64,000 nucleotides of DNA from an uncultured archaeon (GTDB lineage: Archaea > Thermoproteota > Bathyarchaeia > Bathyarchaeales > Bathycorpusculaceae), in assembly GCA_963810275.1 (NCBI GenBank), contig CAWENF010000021.1, forward strand, positions 1 to 64,000, read 5' to 3'. The position numbers and the translations under genes were made by a program. The stretch's first letter is position 1; each line of letters opens with the position of its first letter. Below are positions 9,223 through 19,819 of the stretch, in pieces. The notes under the pieces were generated by a model. It was given only the letters and a program-made list of their open reading frames with translations, was not told where the DNA came from and did not search any database.

Positions 9223-11064
9223 TTAGTTCTCCTTTGCGTATTGTTCTAAACCTAACTCTTTGACGGTAGCTTTTGTGGGAACACCCTGTTTGTCCCAGCC
9301 ACGGGCTTCATAGTAGTCATCAAGCATTAAATCAAGCTCTTCTTGGGTGATAAAGGCACCTTTAGAGGAGCCATCGTCAGGAACGGGTATGTTCATTACT
9401 TTCCACGGAAGGGTGTCGTCTTTGCGGCTGAACCCGGCTTTGAGGCTAAATAGCTTGGCCAAGGTCTGGATCCTGTTGCCTGCCTTTTGCATCTCCTGTG
9501 GTGTAACCTCAAAGCCCGTCACAGCAGTGTAGAGCTTTGCTAAGTCAACGAAATCTTCATCAAAAGTGGTTTTAGCGTTTTTGCAAACTATTAACGAATC
9601 AAGCAGATTGCATATGTCTTCATGATCGCGGACGAGTTTGCCTCTGCCTTTCTCAGCTTTGAGACGGTCAACTGTACCCTTGATGTCAAGTGAATAAACG
9701 CCGCTTCTGCTATGGTCTGCACCACGGAACGAGACTGCTGCGGCTAATGCGGTGGTTTTTAGGCTGCGCAGGTCAAAACCTGTGGCTTCTAAGCCTTTGA
9801 TTTGTACAGCGAACTGCTCACTCTTTTTGCCGATTTTCTCTGCAGCCGCTTTAACTCCATCTGCCAGCGTTTCGCCTATGCCTTCCCGTTTGCCAATTTT
9901 CTCTATTAACTGGATTACTGCGTTTGCGTTGCCGAAGTGGGCTTCTATTCCATCGAGGTCTTCTTTGGTTAGGATGCCTTTTTCGTAGCAGTCCATTACA
10001 AACGCTACGACAACACCTGTACTCATTGCGTCCAGCCCGAAGTAGTTACAGCGTTCTGCAGCTTTAATGATGAAATTGGGTTGGTCAACGCCTACATTTG
10101 GTCCAAAAGCCCAAAGATTGTCGTACTCGAGGCGTGCCATGGTACCTTTGTAGTAACCTTCCTTGATTACTGCTGTGTGTTCGCAACGCATGGCACACGA
10201 GTTGCAAGCAATAATTTTTTGGATAAAATGCTCGTTTAGGAGTTCGGCGCTGATTTTGTCCGCAGTCATGAAATGCGAATATTCAAAGTTCTTTGTGGGA
10301 AGTGCTGATAGGTCGTTGTTTATCATGAGGTTTTGGACTGTGCCCAGTGTTCTGTGTTTCTGGGCTGCAGGTCCTTTCATTCGTTCATGGAAGTCCCTGA
10401 TCATATCGAAGAACTCGTCTGGTTTAGCTATGTCAACATCGTGTGTGCCTCGGACGGCTATGGCTTTGAGATTCTTGCTACCCATAACAGCACCTAAACC
10501 GGTTCTGCCTGCCGCACGGGTCTGGTCGTTTATGATGCATGCGATTTTAGATTGCTTCTCGCCTGCCAAGCCGATTGCAGCGACACGAATGTAGTAGTCA
10601 CCGATTTCCTCTTTGATTGCGTCCTCGGTTTCTCCCGGAGAGCGCCCCCAGAGGACATCTGCGTTTTTTAGTTGAACTGAGTCGTCGTCTATCCACAGGT
10701 AAACGGGTTTTTTGGCTTTGCCAGAAATTATGACTGCGTCATAGCCTGACCGTTTAAGTTCGGTTCCAAATGTTCCGTGGCTAACTGCTTCTGCGACACC
10801 TCCTGTCTGCGGAGACTTCGAGATGAAGGCGTGCCCGTTCCCACCTGTAGGGAACATGGTACCCGAGAGAGGCCCAAGTGCGAGTACAAGCGGGTTTTGG
10901 GGGCTAAGGGGAGCCACATTTGATTTCGAGTTGGACAAGTATAAGTGAAGACCTAAGCCGACTCCGCCGATGAATTTTTTGGCGGTTTCCTGCGGCAGTT
11001 TTTCCGTCTTGGTTTTGCCGGTGTTTAAATCGACATACAAGATTTTTCCTGCGTAGCCGAACAA
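9223..11064 (-). CDS. aor: Tungsten aldehyde:ferredoxin oxidoreductase family protein (copy 2)
   Basis: Close paralog of 6678..8531; TTG at 11064 aligns with the copy 1 start (LFGYAG vs LLGYAG). Confidence 0.93.
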   Translation of the reverse strand: MFGYAGKILYVDLNTGKTKTEKLPQETAKKFIGGVGLGLHLYLSNSKSNVAPLSPQNPLVLALGPLSGTMFPTGGNGHAFISKSPQTGGVAEAVSHGTFGTELKRSGYDAVIISGKAKKPVYLWIDDDSVQLKNADVLWGRSPGETEDAIKEEIGDYYIRVAAIGLAGEKQSKIACIINDQTRAAGRTGLGAVMGSKNLKAIAVRGTHDVDIAKPDEFFDMIRDFHERMKGPAAQKHRTLGTVQNLMINNDLSALPTKNFEYSHFMTADKISAELLNEHFIQKIIACNSCAMRCEHTAVIKEGYYKGTMARLEYDNLWAFGPNVGVDQPNFIIKAAERCNYFGLDAMSTGVVVAFVMDCYEKGILTKEDLDGIEAHFGNANAVIQLIEKIGKREGIGETLADGVKAAAEKIGKKSEQFAVQIKGLEATGFDLRSLKTTALAAAVSFRGADHSRSGVYSLDIKGTVDRLKAEKGRGKLVRDHEDICNLLDSLIVCKNAKTTFDEDFVDLAKLYTAVTGFEVTPQEMQKAGNRIQTLAKLFSLKAGFSRKDDTLPWKVMNIPVPDDGSSKGAFITQEELDLMLDDYYEARGWDKQGVPTKATVKELGLEQYAKEN

Positions 11065-11110
11065 ACGTTCAATCTCCAGAGTTGATAAAAGAATATGGAA
11101 CAAGTTGGAA

Positions 11111-11128
11111 AGTATATTAAGCTAATGG
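11111..11128 (-). promoter_or_regulatory. TATA-containing promoter element of AOR operon 2
   Basis: 18-bp exact match to 8577-8594 at an equivalent distance from the start codon. Confidence 0.7.
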
Positions 11129-11313
11129 ACTTCTACGATAAAAATTCATGTTTTTTCCGCCTAAAAATTACGGAAAAAGCACAAACAGCAACCTTAGAAG
11201 TGCTTTGCAGTAGCCTATGTCCAGTTTACGAACCAACATACATTATCTTACCCATATGGGTGCGGGGGAAAAGTTTAACCAAAGGCAACCATACCAATCC
11301 TCAAGTGAGCCCC

Positions 11314-12369
11314 TTGAGTAGAGTTGACAAACTAAAACTGTTAGCCTCAAAACAGGGCAAACCTCAAACAGTTGCAGTCTTTAACCAATACAATATAGTC
11401 TACCTCACCAACTTCTTAGGCGCAAGCGCGTTGCTTATCCCCCAGGATGGTGAACCAATCCTTTATGTTTCGGGTACTAACTATCAGCAGGCAAAAGCAG
11501 AAGTTAAGGGTTTTAACATCGAGTTGATAAAACGGGGGGAGAGTGTCATGCAAAAAATTGCAGCCCAAACCCTAAGGGGCAAACTCGCAATTGACACGTT
11601 GCCCATTGAAAGTTGGCGTGTTTTGGCTTTGGCGGTTGGCGTTGAAGATAGACTGGAAGCCTCAAGTAGCCTATTCAGAGAGCTACGCATTATTAAAGAC
11701 ACAGAAGAAATCAAGCTAATCCGCGAAGCATGCAACATGGCAGACTTAGGCGTGGCTGCGGCAGCGCAGACTATACGGGCAGGCGTAACCCAAACCGAAA
11801 TCGCCGCGGAAGCCGAATACGCTATGCGTAAAGCAGGCTCCGATGGACCCGCGTTTGAGACCATTGTTTCTGCGGGAATCCATTGCGCTTACCCGCATGG
11901 AACAACAGCGGAATACACCCTCAGGGAAGGCGACTTTGTCACAGTAGATTTGGGTGCAACTAACCAGTTCTATCGTTCCGACATCACTAGAACATTCATT
12001 GTGGGCAAACCAACCGAAAAACAGGCCCGAATCTACCAAGCGGTGCAAAATGCGCATCAGCGTGGATACGAAAAAATCGTTGCCGGTGTGGCAGCATGCA
12101 AAGTGGATTGGGCTGCTTGGTGCGTCATCGAGAAAGCAGGGTTTGGCAACTACTTCGTACACAATCTAGGTCATGGGGTTGGGCTGGAGGTGCATGAAGC
12201 ACCCGTTTTGTCCCCTGACAGCAAGGATGTTTTGGCGGCGGGAATGGTAGTAACCGATGAACCTGGAATATACATCCCCGCTTTTGGCGGTGTACGCATC
12301 GAAGACACAATACTCGTAACCGAAAAAGGCGCTATGAAATTAACGAACGCCCCGGTCTTTGAGCCGTAA
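11314..12369 (+). CDS. pepQ: Xaa-Pro aminopeptidase/prolidase (M24B)
   Basis: DLGA...YRSDITRT, HNLGHGVGLEVHE, EPGIY and GVRIEDT; start uncertain (11305 or 11314), ORF-track start overlaps the AOR promoter. Confidence 0.9.
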   Translation: MSRVDKLKLLASKQGKPQTVAVFNQYNIVYLTNFLGASALLIPQDGEPILYVSGTNYQQAKAEVKGFNIELIKRGESVMQKIAAQTLRGKLAIDTLPIESWRVLALAVGVEDRLEASSSLFRELRIIKDTEEIKLIREACNMADLGVAAAAQTIRAGVTQTEIAAEAEYAMRKAGSDGPAFETIVSAGIHCAYPHGTTAEYTLREGDFVTVDLGATNQFYRSDITRTFIVGKPTEKQARIYQAVQNAHQRGYEKIVAGVAACKVDWAAWCVIEKAGFGNYFVHNLGHGVGLEVHEAPVLSPDSKDVLAAGMVVTDEPGIYIPAFGGVRIEDTILVTEKGAMKLTNAPVFEP

Positions 12370-12415
12370 CACAGAAAAGCCTTCGCATCCCACCGGTATA
12401 TGGAGTAGATATTTT

Positions 12416-12982
12416 TTGATTGTTAGGCCAGCGGTAATTCTTGTGGATGTTCAAAACGACTTTTTCACGGGTCATCTAAAAATTAAACGTGCCAAAAAAA
12501 TCATTCAGCCACTCCAGCGTTTAGTCATGGCAGCACGTAAAAACGATGTACCAGTCATCTACAGCGTCGATGCGCATTATCCGCAGGATGTGGAGGTTGT
12601 TGAGAAGTGGGGTGTGCATGGCATCAAAGGCACCCCAGGTGCGGATGTTATTGCAGAGTTAGAGCCTGACCCATCCCGTGATTATGTTGTCGAGAAGCGC
12701 ACGTATAGCGGTTTTTATGAGACGGGTTTGGACCCGCTACTAAGGAGTCTATATGGGGGTGACGGTGTTAAAACGGTGATTCTAGGTGGGTTGCATACGA
12801 ATATGTGTATTCGACATACTTCGGCAGACGCATTCTTCCGGGGTTACCGCATAATCATCGCCGAGAACGGCGTGGAGGCATTCACGGGGAAAGATCACAA
12901 GGCGGGTCTTGAATACCTTAGCTACGTTTACAATGCCAAAATTATGGGAGTTAATGATGTAATTAGAGACTTTGTTAAGTAG
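12416..12982 (+). CDS. Isochorismatase/nicotinamidase-family cysteine hydrolase
   Basis: VDVQNDF, DAH, KRTYSGF and GLHTNMC catalytic triad motifs. Confidence 0.88.
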   Translation: MIVRPAVILVDVQNDFFTGHLKIKRAKKIIQPLQRLVMAARKNDVPVIYSVDAHYPQDVEVVEKWGVHGIKGTPGADVIAELEPDPSRDYVVEKRTYSGFYETGLDPLLRSLYGGDGVKTVILGGLHTNMCIRHTSADAFFRGYRIIIAENGVEAFTGKDHKAGLEYLSYVYNAKIMGVNDVIRDFVK

Positions 12983-13011
12983 AGCGTAAAAAAAACATTT
13001 TTTTCTACAGG

Positions 13012-13221
13012 TTATTTGCTGTTTTCTTGCGCCGCAACCCAACCAACAAAAACGCCTAAACCAAAAGTAAAGGCTGCTATAGCGAGGGTTTCATGATGCA
13101 AATCCTCTATTTGGAACCATAAACCAAAAGTCAGTTTCTGATGAAGCAAAATAAAAAAAGTAACCAAAAAGAAGAAAGTGGCTATTATTGCCAGAATCCA
13201 GTTGTTACCCACAAAAAACAC
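13012..13221 (-). CDS. Small membrane protein
   Basis: Two hydrophobic helices, DLHHE motif. Confidence 0.5.
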   Translation of the reverse strand: MFFVGNNWILAIIATFFFLVTFFILLHQKLTFGLWFQIEDLHHETLAIAAFTFGLGVFVGWVAAQENSK

Positions 13222-13424
13222 AGCTATATAGCAGGAATGTTGCCATCGCTTAAAACAATGACTCCTTTGGGAGTGTTCTCTGCGAGAACAACTTTTCTGT
13301 TCTGAGCAACTTATATTTACCCGAATGTATGGGAAAGCGGTGGAAAACCAAATGAAAATCGGAAAAAAACCGGCCTATAAAGGATCGTCGCGATAGTGGA
13401 AGAAAAACTGAATAATCGCTCAGC

Positions 13425-14300
13425 TTAAGCTATCAAAGTCATATTCTCAGTGCACAAAACAGGTACATTTGAACGCTTATAAACTTCTTCTGCCTCTGCC
13501 CTGTTCTGTTCCCAAAACCAAAATGGCTTAACTAACCGGGCAACATCTGATTTTATCATCACAGAATTTTCAAACGTTTTCGACAACTCGTCAGGACGCA
13601 TAACAAGTGATTCATATTTAATGTTGTATCGTTTAAGCCAAGCTTCAGTTAAGTCGCGCATGCTTTCGGGTCGCATAGTAACGATTGCCTTGAGTGGGTA
13701 TGTTGGGATAAGTAGTGGCTCTGCTTTCGACACATATTTTAGGTACTTTTCAGGGTCATTCTGAATGTGAGTTGGGCATCTAAAACATAATACTCCCTCT
13801 AAACTCGATACAACATCTCCCCAGCTCCAAGTTGCGGTAAGTATGTTCCACTCGAAAATGTTAGGTTCCTGTTTAACTGCGAAGGCATAATCAACTATGC
13901 CTTTCGATTGGGGAACCACAAATAACGACGCTTTTTCCACCTTTACGTTGGGATAAGCAGCTTCAATTCGTTTGGCAGCGGAACCAATTTGTTTGCCCAT
14001 ACCTACGCTGTCTTCCACAACAAGCACTTTTTTGATTTCTTGAGGCATCGGAGCGTCATGGCTAAACCAAATTTCGCCTCTCAAAAAATTGTCGGGTGTA
14101 CTTAAGGGGCGACCTAGTTTGCATGCAAGTATGTTTGCATACATAAGTCCAGATCTGGGGACACCAATTATTACATCGTATATATTGGGAATTTGGTGTG
14201 CCCATTTGTTACATGCCTGGAAGCAGTCATCTATGTTGAAAAACTGAGGTTTCTTGGGGGAATGCAGTTTGGAGTATACATATTCAGTTATTGAGAGCAC
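13425..14300 (-). CDS. Type I phosphoribosyltransferase fused to a HAD-like domain
   Basis: IIGVPRSG and VLVVEDSVGMG PRPP loop; C-terminal SLEGVL, IVTMRPE..R..TEAWL, LVMRP pattern of HAD/PNK-phosphatase-like domains. Confidence 0.7.
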   Translation of the reverse strand: MLSITEYVYSKLHSPKKPQFFNIDDCFQACNKWAHQIPNIYDVIIGVPRSGLMYANILACKLGRPLSTPDNFLRGEIWFSHDAPMPQEIKKVLVVEDSVGMGKQIGSAAKRIEAAYPNVKVEKASLFVVPQSKGIVDYAFAVKQEPNIFEWNILTATWSWGDVVSSLEGVLCFRCPTHIQNDPEKYLKYVSKAEPLLIPTYPLKAIVTMRPESMRDLTEAWLKRYNIKYESLVMRPDELSKTFENSVMIKSDVARLVKPFWFWEQNRAEAEEVYKRSNVPVLCTENMTLIA

Positions 14301-15062
14301 TAATGGATGTGTAGATAGACGCTTAGAATTAATTTTATTTCATCCCCCTGAGAAGCTGTTTCTTTAACGTAAAACAGGTAACTTGTGTGCTTAAATGTAA
14401 GGGGCTTGGTTAAGTATAAAAAAGTATTGTTATAGCAACCTTAAGAAACATAGAGCACCTAGGAGATATAGTGCCTAATTGGTATGAACGGAGCCATTAG
14501 GTGATGTTTTCTGTGGGGCCCATACAAATAGAGGAAGAAAGAAAACTACGAAGACTGGAAACTATCAAAGTAAATAGACAAATAATTCTGATCATATTCT
14601 AAGTAGACCGCAGTAAAAAAGAAAAATTAACTGTTAATAGCCAGTAACGAAATCGCACACTTATGCAGTTATCATTTTTTAGTGGCTTAAAGTTTGCACA
14701 AAGACATCTCTTCGGAATAAGAAGAGACTAAGAATAAGTGATCGACCTATTGCTTACCCCTCTCTTGAGGTTCTCACATGCTAACCTTGAATGTTTTTAA
14801 TTATGACCGCACACAAGAAATAATATCGAGAATAAAAAACAGAAACTTTCGTTGAAATTATAAAATCTACTTGATTAACCATTTTAGTTCTTCTTTCATT
14901 CGTATATTTTGTCCATTCAACAAAGCCAACAATATTTAGAATCAGGTTTTTGCTTTCGAAGTTGTCGCTATTGTCTCTGAGTTCGATTCAAGGCTTTGAA
15001 AGTTAGGCGATTGATAGCATGCCTGAGCTTCAAATTGTAATGAAAGAACAACAAAAATAGGG

Positions 15063-15554
15063 TTAGAAGGTAAATAGTCGAATACTATTTTTCGAGTATT
15101 TCATTCCTCCGAATGGGACTATAAGCAACCATATATGGTTGCCCCTAAGAGAGGTGAAATCCCAAAAAAATAGGAAAATGTTTTGAATGATTGGCCAGCC
15201 AAATGTTGCAATAGTCACGCCTATTATTAGCGCTATAATAAATGCCGCAACTATCTGAATTGTCACTGCAACAACGTCAATTATGAAAGCCTTTGTCCAA
15301 CCACAATCAAAGAAATGCCTAATCAAGAACAGATATAGAACAAAATAAATTATCGCACCGATCCATCCTGATACAAAAAAGCCAATTTATATGACAACAG
15401 CATTAAGAATCACAATCCAAAGCGCATAAGTAAATCTAGCTTTTTGGCCTCCTACAAATAGTCTTCCAGCAATCCAAACAAACAAGCTATTAATCGCGAC
15501 AGTAATTATGATGCTAATCAAAAGTGCAGTAACATAAATGATATCAAACTACAT
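15063..15554 (-). pseudogene. Membrane protein pseudogene
   Basis: One hydrophobic frame M*FDIIYV...VVI*IGFF...HFFDCGWTKA with in-frame TAG (15549-15551) and TAA (15387-15389). Confidence 0.6.
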
Positions 15555-15712
15555 AAAAATCAGATCTAATAATCTCGAAAGAAAGCTGTATTTAAATAAG
15601 CATGTATTAATCATTCATTCACTTGAGATTCAAACATTTCTTCATACAATAACGGCAAGTTCCCCACATTATCAATTAAAGTTTTTAAATTGAACCGAAC
15701 AACTTTATTGTA

Positions 15713-15985
15713 ATGAAAATTTCAGCCAAAGCAGGAAATATTGCTTTCTATGCTATGATGCCCACATTTGTCTTCTTTCTGTTTAGCATGTTGACGTGGA
15801 GGGGTTTTTACATTGTTGAGACTCAATACCCCTACGTTCAGTTTATGACTGCAGAAGAGTACACTAGGAAGATAGTGCCGATTTATTGGGAAAATTACAT
15901 TCTCTTGGCATTTACCGTTGCTTGTCTTATAATTTTTATTTCAAGCGTATTTGTCTATATTTATTCAGATGCAGAATTAAATTAG
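15713..15985 (+). CDS. Small two-TM membrane protein
   Basis: ATG ORF with a TATA-like TTTTTAAA upstream and two hydrophobic segments. Confidence 0.5.
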   Translation: MKISAKAGNIAFYAMMPTFVFFLFSMLTWRGFYIVETQYPYVQFMTAEEYTRKIVPIYWENYILLAFTVACLIIFISSVFVYIYSDAELN

Positions 15986-16258
15986 ATTGTCGGTCTATTG
16001 TTTTTTATTTCTCCTTTTTTGTCTCGCTATGGCTGTTTGGGTTCAAAAACAACTATCCAAACTCAAATAGGTGCATTTATATAATAATTCTAACTGGAAA
16101 CGCTAACGAGTGCATCAACACTTTTGTTCTAACCTTGGCTAAAATCATGAATGCTCCTACACAGCAAGCCTGTAAGAGCAATATCGGTTAATTTGCACAT
16201 AAACAAAACGGGATAACGAAATTGAATCTATCTATTAGTGGTAAAACTATGATAGAGT

Positions 16259-16335
16259 TGGTGGGCCCGGTCGGATTTGAACCAACGACCAACAGATTAT
16301 GAGTCTGGCGCTCTACCTAGCTGAGCTACGGGCCC
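16259..16335 (-). tRNA. tRNA with CAT anticodon, most likely tRNA-Ile2 (agmatidine-modified); CCA encoded
   Basis: Reverse complement GGGCCCGTAGCTCAG...CCAGACTCATAATCTG...GGTTCAAATCC...GGGCCCACCA; GGGCCC acceptor stem is typical of archaeal Ile rather than Met. Confidence 0.88.
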
Positions 16336-16848
16336 AACAGCTACATAGGTTTTGTTGCTGGTTATGAGCAGATTTGAACATGCCAATACCTTGAGATATT
16401 GGTATTTAATTCTGTTAGCAGCAACATTCCTTAATTCTCCTTTATTACAGCCAGCCTACTAAAAGGTTTTTTCCCCGATTCCAAAACGCTTTGTCGCAAA
16501 ACTTAGCGTTTAACAGGTCTTCTTAGAGCTCAAAGTCTCCATAGGAACGATAAAACATATACTTTCTTAATATAAAAAGATGGACGGGTACACCCATACT
16601 AGAAAAAGAGTCTAATTAATTAAGGGTTTAACAACACGCTAATTATAAGCTATTTTCGGGTGCTTAGTTAGAGAGATCACCGCTAAACTAAACAGATAAG
16701 GGTAAACAGATAGGTATTTTCAGAAATTGCATACCTAATAAAGTTAATACCAAAAGGTGTATAATTGCGATAACGAATAATGATACAGGTTTCGAAAGCA
16801 TTCTTTTAATCGTAAAAATGCTAAAACAGATATTTTTGGTGCAAAGTC

Positions 16849-17076
16849 ATGAATAGAAGAGGTTGGATTTGGGTCCGACTCATAGGATGGTTCGTACTTT
16901 TGCTGTGGTACATTATTTATTTAACCAACGCGATAATACCTAATTTAACCAATCAAATAATCGCAATAAGTCATGGCATTACAGGTGTTATTGGAACTAT
17001 TCTTATCGTCCTTGGATATTATTATCTCGAGAAATTCCAAAGACAAAAGCCTCCAAAAGATAGCTGCCAAACTTAG
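16849..17076 (+). CDS. Small two-TM membrane protein
   Basis: ATG ORF with two hydrophobic helices and a basic tail. Confidence 0.5.
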   Translation: MNRRGWIWVRLIGWFVLLLWYIIYLTNAIIPNLTNQIIAISHGITGVIGTILIVLGYYYLEKFQRQKPPKDSCQT

Positions 17077-17327
17077 ATAATACTCTAAAAAACTATTTTG
17101 ATAAAGCCAAATTATAATTCAGGTAAATACGCGATAAATTAATAAGAAAATAAAGTTATTTCTCGGTCTTCACTTGATTTAAAAAAACTAAATTAAATAA
17201 ATAGAATTTCATTTGTAATAAAAAAAGAAAATAATGAAAATTACAGAAACAAAAAACATCATCAAAATTGAAAAAGAATTATCCTTATTGAAATCTGCTT
17301 AAAAAAATGGAGTCTTAGCGTTATCTT

Positions 17328-18074
17328 CTAGCCTCCAATCACAAAAAGCAGCAACACACCCAAAATGAACCCAAAAGAGATAGCAAAATCCTCCGCGTGC
17401 CCAGTGGATTCTCGATAAGCTCTGGAAATAAGTTCCCCCGCAACAAAAACAATCAGAGTTCCTGCAGCAAACCCCAGCAGCGTAGCGATGAAGTCTTGAA
17501 TCACATTTATGGCAAGAAAATAACCAATCGGAGCAGCTGCAGCGACTATACCAAAATCAATCAGCCAATCCCGAAAAATCACTTTTTTAGGCAATCCTTG
17601 TTTCAACATTATTTTTGCCCCTTCCAGTGTCGTTGCAAGGTTACCTAAGAAAATCACACTTTCAGCAGCATATAAGCCAGGTTCTTTGAGAGCAATTATG
17701 ACCCCTATGAATATACTTTCAGGGACGCTGTCTAGGATAGTCCCTATAATCGATAATCTGCCCTTGTGTTTAATGACTCTTCCTTTCAAGGTCCGTTCGT
17801 TATTTGATTGGTCATGCTTAAAGTAGTGCTGGGCAATACCAAAGGTTAAAGCACCAAAGCTGAAACCCAGAATCAAATCCAAAAAGTTGCCTATGCGCAG
17901 GGTTTCTTGAACAAGAAGCATTGTTGCTGCAAGGAATATTCCTGCGCCAAAAGCTGCAAAAAGCGCTTTTTCCCTTGTCGAGTAAGGCACAAAAAGGGCT
18001 ATGATTGCCCCTATAGGAAATGCCGAAGCAACAATAATACCAGAAAGGACGGCTTCATATATTACGAGAGTCAT
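17328..18074 (-). CDS. ZIP-family (ZupT/GufA-like) metal transporter
   Basis: AFGAGIFL, LDSVPES and GFAAGT motifs; multi-TM. Confidence 0.75.
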   Translation of the reverse strand: MTLVIYEAVLSGIIVASAFPIGAIIALFVPYSTREKALFAAFGAGIFLAATMLLVQETLRIGNFLDLILGFSFGALTFGIAQHYFKHDQSNNERTLKGRVIKHKGRLSIIGTILDSVPESIFIGVIIALKEPGLYAAESVIFLGNLATTLEGAKIMLKQGLPKKVIFRDWLIDFGIVAAAAPIGYFLAINVIQDFIATLLGFAAGTLIVFVAGELISRAYRESTGHAEDFAISFGFILGVLLLFVIGG

Positions 18075-18837
18075 TCGGAGACTATTGAACTAAACAAAAG
18101 TCAAAAGGAATTATGTAAATCTATATTAGTAGCTCAGTTTTGATGCTAAAGGTTTTCAATGTACAAATCGGGCAGTTAGCAACCCATTTACCGTTATCAG
18201 ATCTTTGGGTAAAAGATCACCAAATAACCCGTATATGATCAATATTCACTACTTTTCATGTTTATTAAACCATTCTTTTGCCTTTTCCATCTACCAAACC
18301 TTATCAAGCGAAAACAAAAACGACGTAACCTCAGTCCTAATATTACATTCATCGCACTTAAAATGTCAACAGGGCACCCCAATAACAGCTTTAATGCCCC
18401 CCACATCAAATAACTATCGTGCTAAAACTATTCGAATCATACTCAATTTTGTCTCCATGACCGCTACGAATATAATCATCAGTCTTTCCCAAAGCATAGA
18501 TTTTCAATCCATTAAAGAATGGAATTATATACAAATTTAAGTTAAAAAACAATGAAAAAGTGTTATTACATTTATATTTATATTCGGTTTGTCAAAAGTT
18601 CAATTAATTTTTAATGTGTTCGTGCTTGTCTTTTTCTAATTAAGCCCAAAAATCCATTGCCACTTTATCATTTTGAGCGTCATTTTTCTTTTTACTTTTC
18701 CAGTGGTTGAGAACTCAATAAAGTATTATGTATTTTAGAGTAACTTATTCAGGGACCAAACGATTTTTCTATAACCAAACATTTTCCGCCCCCCTCAAAA
18801 AGGTGTTTGTATAGACAATTATTTAACGTGAAAAGGC

Positions 18838-19077
18838 ATGTCCTTTAATGTGAAAACTATGAAGAATCTCGCATTAACTGTTCTGACAGCAGCCATCGTA
18901 CTATGCTTTTTAACTTCTTCCTTCGCCTCTGCGCAAAATGAAAACTCATCGCAGGCACCTTTGAACTCGACCCAACCAGAGATTATTGCCGCAATCGGAG
19001 CCGCAGCTACCCTATTGTTTTTTGTTTTGCTTTACAAAATGAAGAAAAAAGATTCAGAAAACCATGTAGCTAAGTAG
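18838..19077 (+). CDS. Small secreted, membrane-anchored protein
   Basis: Signal peptide-like N-terminus, PE plus C-terminal TM and KMKKK tail. Confidence 0.55.
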   Translation: MSFNVKTMKNLALTVLTAAIVLCFLTSSFASAQNENSSQAPLNSTQPEIIAAIGAAATLLFFVLLYKMKKKDSENHVAK

Positions 19078-19261
19078 CTTCAGGAAAGAAGAAAAAATCC
19101 AAGAAAACTCGCAGGAATTCAGGTATTTTCCTTTCTACCCCAAGAATTCAACATCAGAATCACCCTTGCATGGCTCAAACTTTAATTATATCCCATGGAC
19201 CTTTTTGAGTTAAGCACGTCTACATGTGCCAATCTCGTTAGTTTCAAGGTGTGTACTCTAA

Positions 19262-19819
19262 GTGACCGAGGCAACATCTCAGGGTAAGAAGCAACCCATC
19301 AAAGCTTCTGAAATAGAACCAACTTTTAAGTATCAACTCCAGAAAATCCACGGAGCTGAAAAAATTCTCAAATGCTTTCAATGTGGCACCTGCACAAGCG
19401 ATTGCCCTGTCGCCCGCTTCAGCGACAGCTACCGCCCACGGACGCTCATTCACATGGCTCAACTTGGTTTAAAGGACAGGGTCTTAAACAGCGACACACT
19501 TTGGCTTTGTGCCGCATGTTTCACTTGCACAGACCGTTGCCCCCAAGACGTCGAAGTCGCAGCCGTTATCCGAGCCTTCCGCAACCTCGCCGCTGAGCAG
19601 GGCTGCGTCCCACAAGTCTTCAAAGACCAAGCCAAAAGCCTAATTGAAACAGGCTACGCCTACAAAATCCCCGAACTCAGAGTTAAAAAACGTGAACAAC
19701 AAGGATTGCCGCCGCTGCCAAAAGGCAACGCTGAAGCAGCCAAAAAAATACTCAAAGGCATAAAATTCTTTGACAGAGTGCAAAAACCAAAAGAGGAAAA
19801 ACAAAATGTCCAGCAATAA
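19262..19819 (+). CDS. hdrC: Heterodisulfide reductase subunit C
   Basis: CFQCGTCTSDCP and LWLCAACFTCTDRCP. Confidence 0.92.
   Translation: MTEATSQGKKQPIKASEIEPTFKYQLQKIHGAEKILKCFQCGTCTSDCPVARFSDSYRPRTLIHMAQLGLKDRVLNSDTLWLCAACFTCTDRCPQDVEVAAVIRAFRNLAAEQGCVPQVFKDQAKSLIETGYAYKIPELRVKKREQQGLPPLPKGNAEAAKKILKGIKFFDRVQKPKEEKQNVQQ

Noticed and set aside
14512-14522. Possible att copy of the tRNA-Ile 3' end (TGTGGGGCCCA)
   Set aside because: The match is too short and imperfect, and no integrase is nearby.
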